From Candidatus Magasanikiibacteriota bacterium (GTDB lineage Bacteria; Patescibacteriota; Patescibacteriia; Magasanikbacterales; UBA922), in NCBI GenBank assembly GCA_003510435.1, contig DOMK01000018.1, positions 14,121 through 78,120 on the forward strand: DNA of 64,000 nt. Reading direction: 5' to 3'. Shown here in pieces: positions 1 through 10,390 of this stretch (position 1 is its first letter; the number at the start of each line of letters is the position of its first letter). The notes under the pieces are model-generated. The model saw only the letters and a program-made list of their open reading frames with translations, did no database searches and was not told the origin of the DNA. The position numbers were made by a program, and so were the translations under genes.

Positions 1-1
1 T

Positions 2-694
2 AATCTTGATTGGGTACTAATTTTATCAGTAATTCCACTCTTGCTCTCAGCTTTTTTTGCTCTTCTTATCAAAGAAACACCCAAAGTACAGTCCACAGAG
101 GAAGTCCATTATCTTGACCACATAAAATCAGCATACAAGGAAGTAAAACAAAACAAAATCCTCTTATACTTTTTTGCCTTTGCTGTTGGCATAGATATTT
201 TTGGTGGTCTGGAAGAGTTTGACCAATTATATTACCAATTGGCTGGTTTACCTTTATTCGCTTTTGGTATTATAGGGTTTGTGTGGTCAATGCTTAATTC
301 TCTCGGTTCATATTTTGCCCATAAGTTAAAAAATGTACATTGGATTTATTATGGTTTACCTTTTTTTGGTTTTATTCTTTTACTTCTCGTCGGATTTTTT
401 CCGAGCATTCCAATGATTAGTTTATTATTACTATCCTACTTCATAACTTCACCTTTGATTGTCTTAATGGATAGTAAAATTCAACACAATATAAAATCAA
501 TAAGTAGAGCGACAGTAACTTCGGTTAGTCGTCTTCTCATAAACCTTTCTGGAGTCATCATGGCTCCACTCTTTGGACTTATAGCCAAGGTGTGGAATTT
601 ACAAGCAATCTATATTGCGACGGCAGTTTTTTTACTTTTATTTACCATATGGACATTGATAAGACGAAGGGTGTTTAATGAAAATAAAATTTAA
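2..694 (+). CDS. MFS-type transporter, C-terminal half (5' partial; reading frame is open to the window edge)
   Basis: About six hydrophobic TM segments. ORF has no stop between position 2 and the listed Met at 41, so the gene continues upstream of the window. Confidence 0.55.
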   Translation, partial: NLDWVLILSVIPLLLSAFFALLIKETPKVQSTEEVHYLDHIKSAYKEVKQNKILLYFFAFAVGIDIFGGLEEFDQLYYQLAGLPLFAFGIIGFVWSMLNSLGSYFAHKLKNVHWIYYGLPFFGFILLLLVGFFPSIPMISLLLLSYFITSPLIVLMDSKIQHNIKSISRATVTSVSRLLINLSGVIMAPLFGLIAKVWNLQAIYIATAVFLLLFTIWTLIRRRVFNENKI

Positions 695-702
695 TAAATA
701 TT

Positions 703-996
703 TTGACTTCAAAAAAATTCGATACAATTCATCTTACCAATATGAACGACATCAAACGCAAATGGGATCTAATACCTAAAGAAAAAAGAGAATCTTGTCT
801 TAAGGAAATCATTACTTTTTTCAAGACTGAAAGAGATGAAGAAATTGGTGTAATTGCCGCCGAAGATATTTTGAATTTCTTTTTAGAAAATATTGGCACT
901 GATATTTATAATAAGGGCGTGGCCGATGCCAAAGAAACTCTTAAAAAACGTTTTGATGATTTAGAATTAGATTTAGAGCTTTTGTTAAATAAATAA
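703..996 (+). CDS. DUF2164-like small conserved protein
   Basis: 97 aa. Pattern EEIGVIAAEDILNFF..IG..IYNKGV.DA resembles the DUF2164 family. Confidence 0.45.
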   Translation: MTSKKFDTIHLTNMNDIKRKWDLIPKEKRESCLKEIITFFKTERDEEIGVIAAEDILNFFLENIGTDIYNKGVADAKETLKKRFDDLELDLELLLNK

Positions 997-1152
997 TTTT
1001 AGAACCAAACTCCGGGAGTTTGTTATCATCAACATTTAGATTTAATTAAATAAAAGATATTGTTAAAGAAAATATTTTCCACAAACAACAACTCCCGGAG
1101 TCTGTCTGGTGTATAATACCCAAACATTTTAATTGAAAAATAATTTTAATTT

Positions 1153-1401
1153 ATGACCAAAGAAAAAATATTTAATAACCTAACCCAGTTTGCCTTGCCC
1201 TCTCTAACTGTGGGCGCGCAAATCGCCACTTCATTAAAATTTCCTGAATGGGGATTAATTCTAAATTTATCAGTCCAACCTTTTTGGCTTTATTCGGCTT
1301 GGAAAGCTTATAAAAATGCCGGACAAATTGGCATTCTAATCACTTCTATAATCATGAGTATAGTAATCAGTTTGGGAATTATAAATTATTGGCTGTTGTA
1401 A
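1153..1401 (+). CDS. Small hypothetical membrane protein (2 TM)
   Basis: 82 aa, two hydrophobic helices. Preceded by a TATAAT-like -10 (tggtgtataatacc). Confidence 0.4.
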   Translation: MTKEKIFNNLTQFALPSLTVGAQIATSLKFPEWGLILNLSVQPFWLYSAWKAYKNAGQIGILITSIIMSIVISLGIINYWLL

Positions 1402-1481
1402 AACAAAACTAAATTATCAAAACAAAAAACTACCTTACCATAAGATAGTTTTTTAATTCTTCCTAGATTATTTAATTAAAA

Positions 1482-2483
1482 TCATTCACTTAATAAGTTA
1501 GTAATAATTTTGATCATCTTATCTTTTTCTTTTGGATCACTAATAGCAATTAAAAGAGACAATGCAGTCAAAGCATTATCATTAATTTTCTTTTCTCCAG
1601 TCTTTCTATAAAGAAAATTATTCCTGTCCAAAAAATATACAAACAAAAATGCGCCAACCCGCTTATTACCATCAACAAAAGGATGGTCTTTAATCACAAA
1701 ATACAAAAGATGGGCTGCTTTTTCTTCCAAAGAAGTATATAGATCTTTTCCGCCAAAAGTTTGATAAATATTACCCAGAATAGCTTCAAATTTATTAGTA
1801 TTTTCCTGTCCAAACAAATCACTAGCTTCCCTTTTATTAATCAACTCTTTCTTTACACCGGCCACAACTTCTCTGGCCTCTTTATAATATAAAATAAATT
1901 TTGCCTTAGACTTTTTGGCCAAACTTAATTTATTATGATCATAATTTTTGAGTAAAGTGAGTGTCTTGGCATAATTATTTAGCAGAGTCAAAATCTCTTG
2001 TTCCTGCCCGGCCATAAGGTCGTGTCTAGCTTTTGTTTGCAAAAATGAAATAGTTTCTTTTAATTCTTTAAATTTATTCTCAGCCTGAAGCAAATATTTT
2101 TTATTTATAGCATAACCATGTATTAAATATTTATTGAGAATCCCACTCGCCCATTGACGAAAATGAATGGCTCTAGAAGAACTAGTTCTGTAACCCACAG
2201 ACAGAATTACATCAAGACTATAAAATGCCACAGGCTTATCGGATTTTGCAATGTGCAAATAATGCACATTGCTTTCTTTACCCACTTCTTTGTCTTTAAA
2301 AATCTTATTGATATGTTTAGATATAACAGAACGTTCTTTTCCAAACAATTTAGCAATTTCATCCTGCTTCAACCAGACTGTTTCCTGTTCAAAATGTACG
2401 TCCAATTTAGGACCATCCTTAGTCCTGTAAATTACAATCTCATCTTTTTTAATTTTTTTCTCTTTTTTCTTTTTCATACCCAA
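1482..2483 (-). CDS. RhuM-family virulence protein with C-terminal Fic/Doc (Fido) domain
   Basis: N-terminus (IVIYRTKDGPKLDVHFEQETVWLKQDEIAKLFGKERSVISKHINKIF) matches the RhuM N-terminal region. C-terminus carries the HPFVDGNKRVGA Fic/Doc active-site motif. Confidence 0.8.
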   Translation of the reverse strand: MGMKKKKEKKIKKDEIVIYRTKDGPKLDVHFEQETVWLKQDEIAKLFGKERSVISKHINKIFKDKEVGKESNVHYLHIAKSDKPVAFYSLDVILSVGYRTSSSRAIHFRQWASGILNKYLIHGYAINKKYLLQAENKFKELKETISFLQTKARHDLMAGQEQEILTLLNNYAKTLTLLKNYDHNKLSLAKKSKAKFILYYKEAREVVAGVKKELINKREASDLFGQENTNKFEAILGNIYQTFGGKDLYTSLEEKAAHLLYFVIKDHPFVDGNKRVGAFLFVYFLDRNNFLYRKTGEKKINDNALTALSLLIAISDPKEKDKMIKIITNLLSE

Positions 2484-2510
2484 ATATTATACCATAAAAA
2501 TCAAAAACAA

Positions 2511-2552
2511 AAATCCCCCTCCGAAGCTTTATGCGAAGGAGGGGGATTTTTT
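2511..2552 (-). terminator. Rho-independent terminator of rpoC (bidirectional hairpin)
   Basis: ccccctcc (2515-2522) pairs with ggaggggg (2538-2545). A-run on one side and T-run (2547-2552) on the other. Confidence 0.75.
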
Positions 2553-2594
2553 ATTCTTATTTATCTGTAGATCCGGATTATCAGTAATCAGTAG

Positions 2595-5500
2595 CTATTC
2601 GTGATACCCCGTACCCGCTGGAATCCGACGACCGATAATAACATTTTCTTTCAAGCCTTCTAAATAATCTACTTTGCCAGTAATGGCCGCATTGATAAGA
2701 ACACGAGCGGTCTCTTGGAATGAAGCAGCCGACAAGAAGCTCTGAGTAGAAAGAGAAACTTTGGAAATACCAAGGAATAATTCTCTACCAGCTGATTCTT
2801 TTTTACTATCTTTCAAGGCATCAGTATTAGCGTTCATAAATTGCGTTCGTTCCACTGTCTCACCTGGCAATAAATCTGTCTCACCTGGATCTTCAATATA
2901 AATACGAGAGAACATTTGCTTGATAATAATTTCTACATGTTTATCATTCAAACGTTGACCTTGAGAAGCATAGATTTCTTGAATCTCTTTCAAAATATAA
3001 TTTTGTACTGCATACCGGCCTTTTAACTCATACAACTCTTGCAAATTAATTGCTCCTTCAGTCAACTGGTCTCCTTTCTTTACTTCATCACCAGTCTTTG
3101 CCCACAATTTATAACCCATTGGAGTAATATATTCTTTGGTGTGTCTGCCTTCATAAGTCAGGACTAATTGCTTATCATCCATATGCACTGTGCCTTCGTA
3201 CTTGGCTCTAAATTCCTCACCAGAACTACCCCGAACAATCAAAATATCATCTTGATTTACTTTTTGACCATCCACGACTTGCACTTCATCTTCAGATTTT
3301 ACTTTTACTTTTATTTCATCCACGCCTTCAAAATGAACTTTGACAATTTTTTGTCCTCTCCGACCTTCAAAAATCTTACGGCCAGTTGGGCTAGTAATTA
3401 CTTTACCATCAGCATCTTCAATTTCTACCGTACCATCGACTTCAGACAAGACGGCTTTTCTTTTTGGATTGCGCGCTTCAAACAATTCTTCTACTCTTGG
3501 TAAACCCTGAGTAATATCTCCACCACCAGCGACCCCACCAAGGTGGAAGGTTCTCATGGTAAGTTGGGTACCAGGTTCACCAATGGATTGAGCAGCGATA
3601 ATACCAACGGCTGTACCTTTTTTGACCAATTCACGATTGGACAAATCATAACCATAACATTTTACGCACACGCCTTTTGGTAATTTGCATTTCAATACTG
3701 AACGGACATGAACTTCTTCGACTTCAGTTTCTTCAATTTGACGTACATGTTCTGGAGAAATTACTTCACCCGCTTTTACCAAAACTTTACCTTTGACATC
3801 TTTTACATCTGATAGAACAAACCGACCAAGCACGCGTTCAGAAATCTTTTCACCCATATCAATTGATTGTTCTTTGGTAAACACTTCACCACTATTATCA
3901 CCACAATCTTCATCGAGAACAACCACATCTTGGGCTACATCTACCAAACGACGAGTGAGATAACCAGCGTTGGCCGTACGAAGAGCCGTATCAGACAAAC
4001 CTTTTCTGGTACCGTGAGAAGAGATAAAAAATTCTAGTACATCAAAGCCTTCTTTAAAGTTGCCTTTGACTGGCAATTCAATAATTTCTCCGGATGGTGA
4101 AGCTACCAAGCCTTTCATACCAATCACCTGACCCAGCTGACCCCAAGAACCGCGGGCGCCAGAATCAATCATGGCAAAGACTGAACCATCTTTATTCAAA
4201 GCTTCTTTGTTGAAAGACACAACTTTGTCTTTTACTTCAGTCCAAATTTCCAAAATTTTAGAATGTCTTTCACTATCAGTGAGTAAACCATCTTTATATT
4301 GATCCCAAACTTCTTCTACCCGGTCATCACCTTCAATCAAAATATTTTTCTTTTCGGCAATATGACCAAAGTTGTCCATGCCGAGTGAATAACCAGACTT
4401 GGTAACATATTTGAAACCTAATTTTTTAATTCTATCCAAAAATTTAGCTGTTTCTTCTTGACCATAAAATTCGAGCAAGAGCTTGATGATTTGGGCTAAG
4501 TGTTTTTTGGTAATAGTTTCATTATAATAAGCTAATTTTTCTGGCATGACTTCATTAAACAAAATTCTTCCTATTGAGGTTTCAATAATTGGCCCATCAC
4601 CTTCTGGAAATTTTGCTAAATCATCAAATCGAACTTTGATTCTTTCTTTCAAAGTAATCCGACGAACTTTGTAAGCAAAACGTGCTTCTTTTTCATTGGA
4701 GAAAAATTTCTTTACTTCTTTGGTATCATCTTCAGCGTATTTGGTTAGATAATAACAACCCAGAGCAATATCCTGTTGTGGAGTAGTCACTGGCGCACCT
4801 GTGGCCGGCTTCAATAAATTCTTTTCTGCGGCCATCAAATTTTCTGCTTCCCAACGAGCTTCATCAGTTAGAGGTAAATGAACAGCCATTTGGTCACCGT
4901 CAAAGTCAGCGTTGAAAGCTGGACAAACTAATGGGTGTAAGCGAATCGCTTTACCTTCTACCAATTGTGGTTTGAAAGCTTGGATACCAAGACGGTGCAA
5001 GGTTGGAGCACGGTTTAATAAGACACGACTCTTCTTGGTCATTTCTTCCAAAATATCCCAAACTTCTGGCGCATTGGTTTCAATAAACCGAGAAGCACTC
5101 CTTACATTATGAGCCAATTCGCGTTTTATAATTTCGGCCATAACAAATGGTTTGAATAATTCCAAAGCCATTCTTTTTGGGATACCACATTCGCTAATGG
5201 CCAAATTTGGTCCAACCACGATTACCGAACGACCAGAATAATCTACCCGTTTACCAAGTAAGTTTTGACGGAAACGACCTTGCTTACCTTTCAAAATATC
5301 AGCCAAAGAACGTAACTGTCTTTTTTGACCTGTCGAAGCGGTCACAGTCTTAGAAGCGCGAGCATTGTTATCAATCAAAGCATCTACCGCTTCTTGCAAC
5401 ATACGCTTTTCATTACGACAAATAACTTCTGGAGCATTCAGTTCAATCAACCTTTTCAAACGATTATTACGATTGATCACTCGGCGATACAAATCATTCA

Positions 5501-6473
5501 AATCTGAAGTGGCAAATCGACCACCATCAAGCGCTACCATTGGCCGTAAATCTGGTGGTACCACTGGAATCGTAGTCATGATCATCCATTCTGGTCTAAT
5601 CGCATTCTTGTCCAAACTCTTCAAAAGTTTTACGCGACGAACCAAACGATCACGTTTGGCTCCTTTAGATTTTTCAGTTTCTGCTTCCAAATTTTTAATA
5701 GTTTGAGGAAGATTTAATTTTTCAAGCAAACTACGAACAGCACCCGCACCAATCTCCGCGTCAAACAAATGACCAAAACGCACTGACAATTCTTGATAAC
5801 GATTTTCTGAAACAATCTTCAACATCTGAATATCTTTTAGATCCAATTCAGCACTTTTGAAATCTTCATCCAAAGATTCATTTTTTCGATCACGTTCTTT
5901 GGCAATTTCTTCTATCACGTCTCGGCCTTGTTTCTTGGCATTAGCATCAGCCACGCTCATTTCAAATTCTTTTTCAATTTGTTTTTTCTTAGACTTATAT
6001 TCTTGTTTCAACAGTTCATGAGTTTGTTTTTTCACTTCTTCATCAATTTTGGTAATAATGAACGAAGCAAAATAAATCACTTTTTCCAAAGCTTGAATAG
6101 ATAAATCCAAAACTAAACCAACTTTTGATGGAATAGAACGTAAAAACCAAATATGAGAAACTGGTGCAGCCAATTCAATATGCCCCATTCGTTCCCGACG
6201 AACGAGAGAGTGAGTCACTTCAACTCCGCACTTGTCACAAACAATTCCTTTGTAACGAATTTTTTTATACTTGCCACAGTAACATTCCCAATCTTTGGTT
6301 GGTCCAAAAATTTCTTCGGCAAACAAACCACCTTTTTCTGGTTTTTGCGTACGATAATTTATGGTTTCTGGTTTTGACACCTCGCCATAAGACCAGCCCT
6401 TAATAACTTCTGGGCTAGCCACCTTTAGTCTCAAGGCATCAAAATCCATAGAGTGAATAGTATCGCGTATCAT
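2595..6473 (-). CDS. rpoC: DNA-directed RNA polymerase subunit beta'
   Basis: 1292 aa. NADFDGDQMAVH catalytic motif, N-terminal Zn-binding Cys cluster, bridge and trigger-loop regions. Confidence 0.98.
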   Translation of the reverse strand: MIRDTIHSMDFDALRLKVASPEVIKGWSYGEVSKPETINYRTQKPEKGGLFAEEIFGPTKDWECYCGKYKKIRYKGIVCDKCGVEVTHSLVRRERMGHIELAAPVSHIWFLRSIPSKVGLVLDLSIQALEKVIYFASFIITKIDEEVKKQTHELLKQEYKSKKKQIEKEFEMSVADANAKKQGRDVIEEIAKERDRKNESLDEDFKSAELDLKDIQMLKIVSENRYQELSVRFGHLFDAEIGAGAVRSLLEKLNLPQTIKNLEAETEKSKGAKRDRLVRRVKLLKSLDKNAIRPEWMIMTTIPVVPPDLRPMVALDGGRFATSDLNDLYRRVINRNNRLKRLIELNAPEVICRNEKRMLQEAVDALIDNNARASKTVTASTGQKRQLRSLADILKGKQGRFRQNLLGKRVDYSGRSVIVVGPNLAISECGIPKRMALELFKPFVMAEIIKRELAHNVRSASRFIETNAPEVWDILEEMTKKSRVLLNRAPTLHRLGIQAFKPQLVEGKAIRLHPLVCPAFNADFDGDQMAVHLPLTDEARWEAENLMAAEKNLLKPATGAPVTTPQQDIALGCYYLTKYAEDDTKEVKKFFSNEKEARFAYKVRRITLKERIKVRFDDLAKFPEGDGPIIETSIGRILFNEVMPEKLAYYNETITKKHLAQIIKLLLEFYGQEETAKFLDRIKKLGFKYVTKSGYSLGMDNFGHIAEKKNILIEGDDRVEEVWDQYKDGLLTDSERHSKILEIWTEVKDKVVSFNKEALNKDGSVFAMIDSGARGSWGQLGQVIGMKGLVASPSGEIIELPVKGNFKEGFDVLEFFISSHGTRKGLSDTALRTANAGYLTRRLVDVAQDVVVLDEDCGDNSGEVFTKEQSIDMGEKISERVLGRFVLSDVKDVKGKVLVKAGEVISPEHVRQIEETEVEEVHVRSVLKCKLPKGVCVKCYGYDLSNRELVKKGTAVGIIAAQSIGEPGTQLTMRTFHLGGVAGGGDITQGLPRVEELFEARNPKRKAVLSEVDGTVEIEDADGKVITSPTGRKIFEGRRGQKIVKVHFEGVDEIKVKVKSEDEVQVVDGQKVNQDDILIVRGSSGEEFRAKYEGTVHMDDKQLVLTYEGRHTKEYITPMGYKLWAKTGDEVKKGDQLTEGAINLQELYELKGRYAVQNYILKEIQEIYASQGQRLNDKHVEIIIKQMFSRIYIEDPGETDLLPGETVERTQFMNANTDALKDSKKESAGRELFLGISKVSLSTQSFLSAASFQETARVLINAAITGKVDYLEGLKENVIIGRRIPAGTGYHE

Positions 6474-6519
6474 ATTTTTTTAATTAGCTTTTATTTAGGT
6501 AAGTAAGTTAGTAATTAAT

Positions 6520-9500
6520 TTAATCTTCAATTTCAGTTTTTACATCATCACTATTTGATTCAGTAAAATTTCCTTCTTGCAATTCACGTTCTTTTCTTCT
6601 TGTTTCCCTTACTTCCTCAGCTGGCAAATAAACTCCACTATCATCTTTGGATAACAATTCTACATCTAGACCTAGGCCTTTCATTTCTCTAACTAATACA
6701 TTGAATGATTCTGGAATATTTACCTTGCTAATCTTTTCACCTTTAATAATGGCTTCATAAGCTTTTGATCTACCTGGTACATCATCAGATTTGATGGTCA
6801 AAATCTCTTGTAGAGTATGGGAAGCACCATAAGCTTCTAAGGCCCAAACTTCCATTTCTCCAAATCTCTGACCACCCGATTGAGCTTTACCACCCAAAGG
6901 CTGTTGTGTAATCAAACTGTATGGACCAATTGATCTCTGATGAATTTTATCTTCCACCATATGATTCAATTTGAGCATGTAGTTGTAACCTACAGTAGTT
7001 TTGTGATCAAATGGTTCACCAGTTCTACCATCGCATAATTGTAATTGACCATCAACTGGAAAACCAGCCCGTTCCAATTCAGTTTTAATTTGTTCTTCTG
7101 TAATACCATTTAGAACTGGAGTGGCAGATTTGTAGCCCAAAGAATTGGCCGCTAAACCTAGGTGGGTTTCTAACAATTGTCCCAGGTTCATACGAGAGAT
7201 AACGCCAAGTGGAGATAAAATAATATCGACTGGCGTACCATCTTCCAAAAATGGCATGTCTTCGACTGGCACTACGCGAGAAATAACACCTTTGTTACCA
7301 TGACGACCAGCCATCTTATCACCCGGTTGCATTTTTCTCATGTCAGCGACTGTCACCTGGACTTGTTTGCTCACGCCTGGCTGTAATTTGTCACCAACTT
7401 CGGCCGAGAAAACTTTGATATCAATTACTTTACCATGTTCACCATGTTCTAGATAAAGAGAAGAATCACGCACATCACGCGCTTTTTCTCCAAAGATGGC
7501 ACGTAATAATCTTTCTTCAGCTGACAATTCAGTTTCACCTTTTGGGGTAATCTTACCAACCAAAATGTCACCAGACTGGACTTCAGCCCCAATTCGAACG
7601 ACACCTTCAGCATCAAGATTTTTTAATTTTTCTTCACTCACGTTTGGAATATCCGCGGTCACAACTTCTGGTCCTAATTTGGTATCACGGACATCGGTGG
7701 CATAATCTTCAATATGAATAGAAGTGAATTTATCTTTTTGGACTAAACGTTCAGAAATAATTACCGCATCTTCATAGTTGAAACCATCCCAAACCATATA
7801 GGCTACCAAAACGTTTTGACCTAGAGCTAATTCACCACCTTGAGTAGATGGACCATCAGCCAACACATCACCTTTTTTCACCTTATCATGTAGATTGGTA
7901 ATTATTCTTTGATTAATTGAACTGGAAGCATTGGATCTAACAAATTTATTCAAATTATATTTAAAGACTTTACCTTTTTTGGTTGTTAATTCAATTCTTC
8001 CGCCATCAACATAAGTAATTTCGCCATCATCATCAGCCAAAATAACATGTCCACTATTTTCTGCCGCGGCTTTTTCTACCCCCGTACCCACCAATGGTGA
8101 ATCTGGAGTAATACAAGGCACAGCTTGTCTTTGCATGTTTGTACCCATGAGAGCCCGAGTCGCGTCATCATGTTCTAGAAAAGGAATCAAGCTGGTCGCA
8201 ATGCTCAAAATCTGATTGGAAGCCACATCAATGTAGTCAATCTTATGAGTCTTGGACATGCCTGGTTCACCTTTAATACGAGCCGGCACTCTTTCGGCTA
8301 ACAAGAAACCATCTTTATCTACTTCCACAGTCGAAGAAGCAGTCACAGTTCTTTCTTCTTCAAAAGAATTGAGATAAACAATTTCATTGGTCACGCGCGG
8401 TTTGACAGCAATAGTTTTCAAATCCTTTTTACCTTCTAATTTTTTTGCAATCTCTTTGGTAATTTTCTCTCCCGCATCTACCGCCCCTTTTATATCTTCG
8501 CGAGCAATTTCACCTTCAGTAAAACGAGCTTCATTTGGTACATCATGGTTCACTTTACGATATGGTGTTTCCAAGAAACCAAAAGTGTTTACTTTTGAAT
8601 GGCTAGCTAAGTGACCAACCAAACCAATGTTTGGACCTTCTGGCGTAGCAATCGGACAGATTCTACCATAGTGAGTAGTGTGAACGTCACGAACTTCAAA
8701 ACCAGCCCGATCACGAGACAAACCTCCCGGTCCAAGAGCGGAGATTCTACGTTTGTGTTCCAATTCAGCCAAAGGATTTACTTGGTCCATGAATTGAGAC
8801 AATTGTGAGCTCATGAAAAATTCATGCACCGCCCCAATTACCGGACGAGCATTAATAAGCTTATTAGGTGATAGACCTTCTAATTCATATGTACTCATTC
8901 TATCTTTCACAATTCTTTCCATACGAGCCATACCAACGCGGAAACGATTCTGGACCAATTCACCCACGGCGCGAATCCGACGATTACCCAAATGATCAAT
9001 ATCATCTGGCTCTTCTTGAGTGACATTTAATCTCACGACTTCTTTTAAAACTAATAATAATTTTTCTGGACTTAAGATCCGATTTTCTTTTTGATCAAAA
9101 TCTTCCCGTTTCAAATTCAATTGAAATTTGATATTGAATTTGTAAATACCAACCTTGCCTAAATCATAACGATCAAAATTAAAAAACATGGCATGAACCA
9201 AACTCTTGGCATTGTCCGATGTAGCCAAATCTCCTGGACGAATTCTTTTATAAACTTCAATCAAACCTTCATCTTCATTGGCCGCCGCATCTTTCTTGAT
9301 CGTATTTTCTACAAAATCAATATTAGGATGATTGTTAACATCAGTAAATAATTTTTTAATATCATCATCAGTAGAATAACCAAAAGCCCGGAGTAATGAA
9401 GTGGCCGCCACTTTACGTTTGCGATCTACTTTTATCCAGACCACATTGTTTTGGTCAGTTTCAATTTCAATCCAAGCCCCACGGTTAGGAATAATCTTGG

Positions 9501-9978
9501 CGCCATAATACTTTCTACCACGAACATTTTCAGCTGTAAAAAAAGCCCCGGCACTTCTAATCAATTGGGAAACCACACATCGTTCAATCCCATTGATAAT
9601 AAAAGTTCCGCGCTTGGTCATAACGGGCACATCACCCAAATATATTTCTTGACTATTTTCTTCTTTGGTTCTCTTGTTTAATAACCGAGCAATCACGCGC
9701 AATGGAGCATCATAAGAAATATTTTTTTCACGACAATTTACTTCATCAAATTTTGGTTCATCAATAAAATAATCTTCTAGATATAATTCCAAATCACGAC
9801 CAGTAAAATCTGTAATCGGTGAAATTTCTTCAAAAAGTTCTTTAATCCCTTCTTTAAAAAACCAATCATAAGAATCCTTTTGCACTTGAATTAAATCTGG
9901 TAGAGGTTGAGCATCTCTCTTGTCAGTAAAAAACTTGCGGTCTTTTACTGTTGTCACCTGTCGTCTACATGTAGGCAT
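6520..9978 (-). CDS. rpoB: DNA-directed RNA polymerase subunit beta
   Basis: 1152 aa, conserved beta-subunit blocks throughout; directly upstream of rpoC. Confidence 0.98.
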   Translation of the reverse strand: MPTCRRQVTTVKDRKFFTDKRDAQPLPDLIQVQKDSYDWFFKEGIKELFEEISPITDFTGRDLELYLEDYFIDEPKFDEVNCREKNISYDAPLRVIARLLNKRTKEENSQEIYLGDVPVMTKRGTFIINGIERCVVSQLIRSAGAFFTAENVRGRKYYGAKIIPNRGAWIEIETDQNNVVWIKVDRKRKVAATSLLRAFGYSTDDDIKKLFTDVNNHPNIDFVENTIKKDAAANEDEGLIEVYKRIRPGDLATSDNAKSLVHAMFFNFDRYDLGKVGIYKFNIKFQLNLKREDFDQKENRILSPEKLLLVLKEVVRLNVTQEEPDDIDHLGNRRIRAVGELVQNRFRVGMARMERIVKDRMSTYELEGLSPNKLINARPVIGAVHEFFMSSQLSQFMDQVNPLAELEHKRRISALGPGGLSRDRAGFEVRDVHTTHYGRICPIATPEGPNIGLVGHLASHSKVNTFGFLETPYRKVNHDVPNEARFTEGEIAREDIKGAVDAGEKITKEIAKKLEGKKDLKTIAVKPRVTNEIVYLNSFEEERTVTASSTVEVDKDGFLLAERVPARIKGEPGMSKTHKIDYIDVASNQILSIATSLIPFLEHDDATRALMGTNMQRQAVPCITPDSPLVGTGVEKAAAENSGHVILADDDGEITYVDGGRIELTTKKGKVFKYNLNKFVRSNASSSINQRIITNLHDKVKKGDVLADGPSTQGGELALGQNVLVAYMVWDGFNYEDAVIISERLVQKDKFTSIHIEDYATDVRDTKLGPEVVTADIPNVSEEKLKNLDAEGVVRIGAEVQSGDILVGKITPKGETELSAEERLLRAIFGEKARDVRDSSLYLEHGEHGKVIDIKVFSAEVGDKLQPGVSKQVQVTVADMRKMQPGDKMAGRHGNKGVISRVVPVEDMPFLEDGTPVDIILSPLGVISRMNLGQLLETHLGLAANSLGYKSATPVLNGITEEQIKTELERAGFPVDGQLQLCDGRTGEPFDHKTTVGYNYMLKLNHMVEDKIHQRSIGPYSLITQQPLGGKAQSGGQRFGEMEVWALEAYGASHTLQEILTIKSDDVPGRSKAYEAIIKGEKISKVNIPESFNVLVREMKGLGLDVELLSKDDSGVYLPAEEVRETRRKERELQEGNFTESNSDDVKTEIED

Positions 9979-10254
9979 AGATTTTATATTAATTTTTATC
10001 TGAATGAAATTTGGATTTTTCTAAGTAAAACCCCATATCTCACTCCGAAAATTATTATACGAACACAAAAGACAGCCCTCGCTGTTAGCTGGTCATAAAA
10101 ATTAACTTATTTTTTGTCGAAGACTATGAAAGTCATGTGGTCTTAGGTACTTTTACCCTCAACAGGATCCTCGTAAGGTATCCAGAGAGTATATGCACCC
10201 CAGGTTTTCTGTTTCAGACACATTGAAGATCTTTGGGGCATCCCCGGAGAAATT
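9979..10254 (-). other. Long (~275 nt) 5' leader of rpoB containing a GC-rich structured segment (10130-10260)
   Basis: Local GC about 50% in an AT-rich intergenic region. Several imperfect hairpins (ggatcc..ggtatcc; gcacccc..ggggcat). Lies between the consensus promoter and the rpoB ATG. Confidence 0.4.
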
Positions 10255-10261
10255 AGGCTCA

Positions 10262-10290
10262 ATTATATAGGAAAGCTGAGATATTGTCAA
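10262..10290 (-). promoter_or_regulatory. Perfect-consensus sigma70 promoter (TTGACA-17-TATAAT) reading toward rpoB
   Basis: Minus strand: TTGACA (rc of 10285-10290), 17-nt spacer, TATAAT (rc of 10262-10267). Confidence 0.55.
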
Positions 10291-10390
10291 ATATGGAGCT
10301 TTTGTCAATAACTTTGTTTTTTGGCTTATTTTAGCTAAAAAATTAAATTAGTGGATTTTTTATCCACAGGTTGTACCGAATTATTCGTTT

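Noticed and set aside
2154-2570. 138-aa ORF on the plus strand
   Set aside because: Lies entirely antisense to the RhuM/Fic gene and the rpoC terminator. Low-complexity Phe/Ile-rich translation typical of AT-rich antisense frames.
3168-9681. Multiple 60-115-aa plus-strand ORFs inside rpoC and rpoB
   Set aside because: Antisense to strongly supported housekeeping genes; no Shine-Dalgarno or motifs; shadow ORFs.
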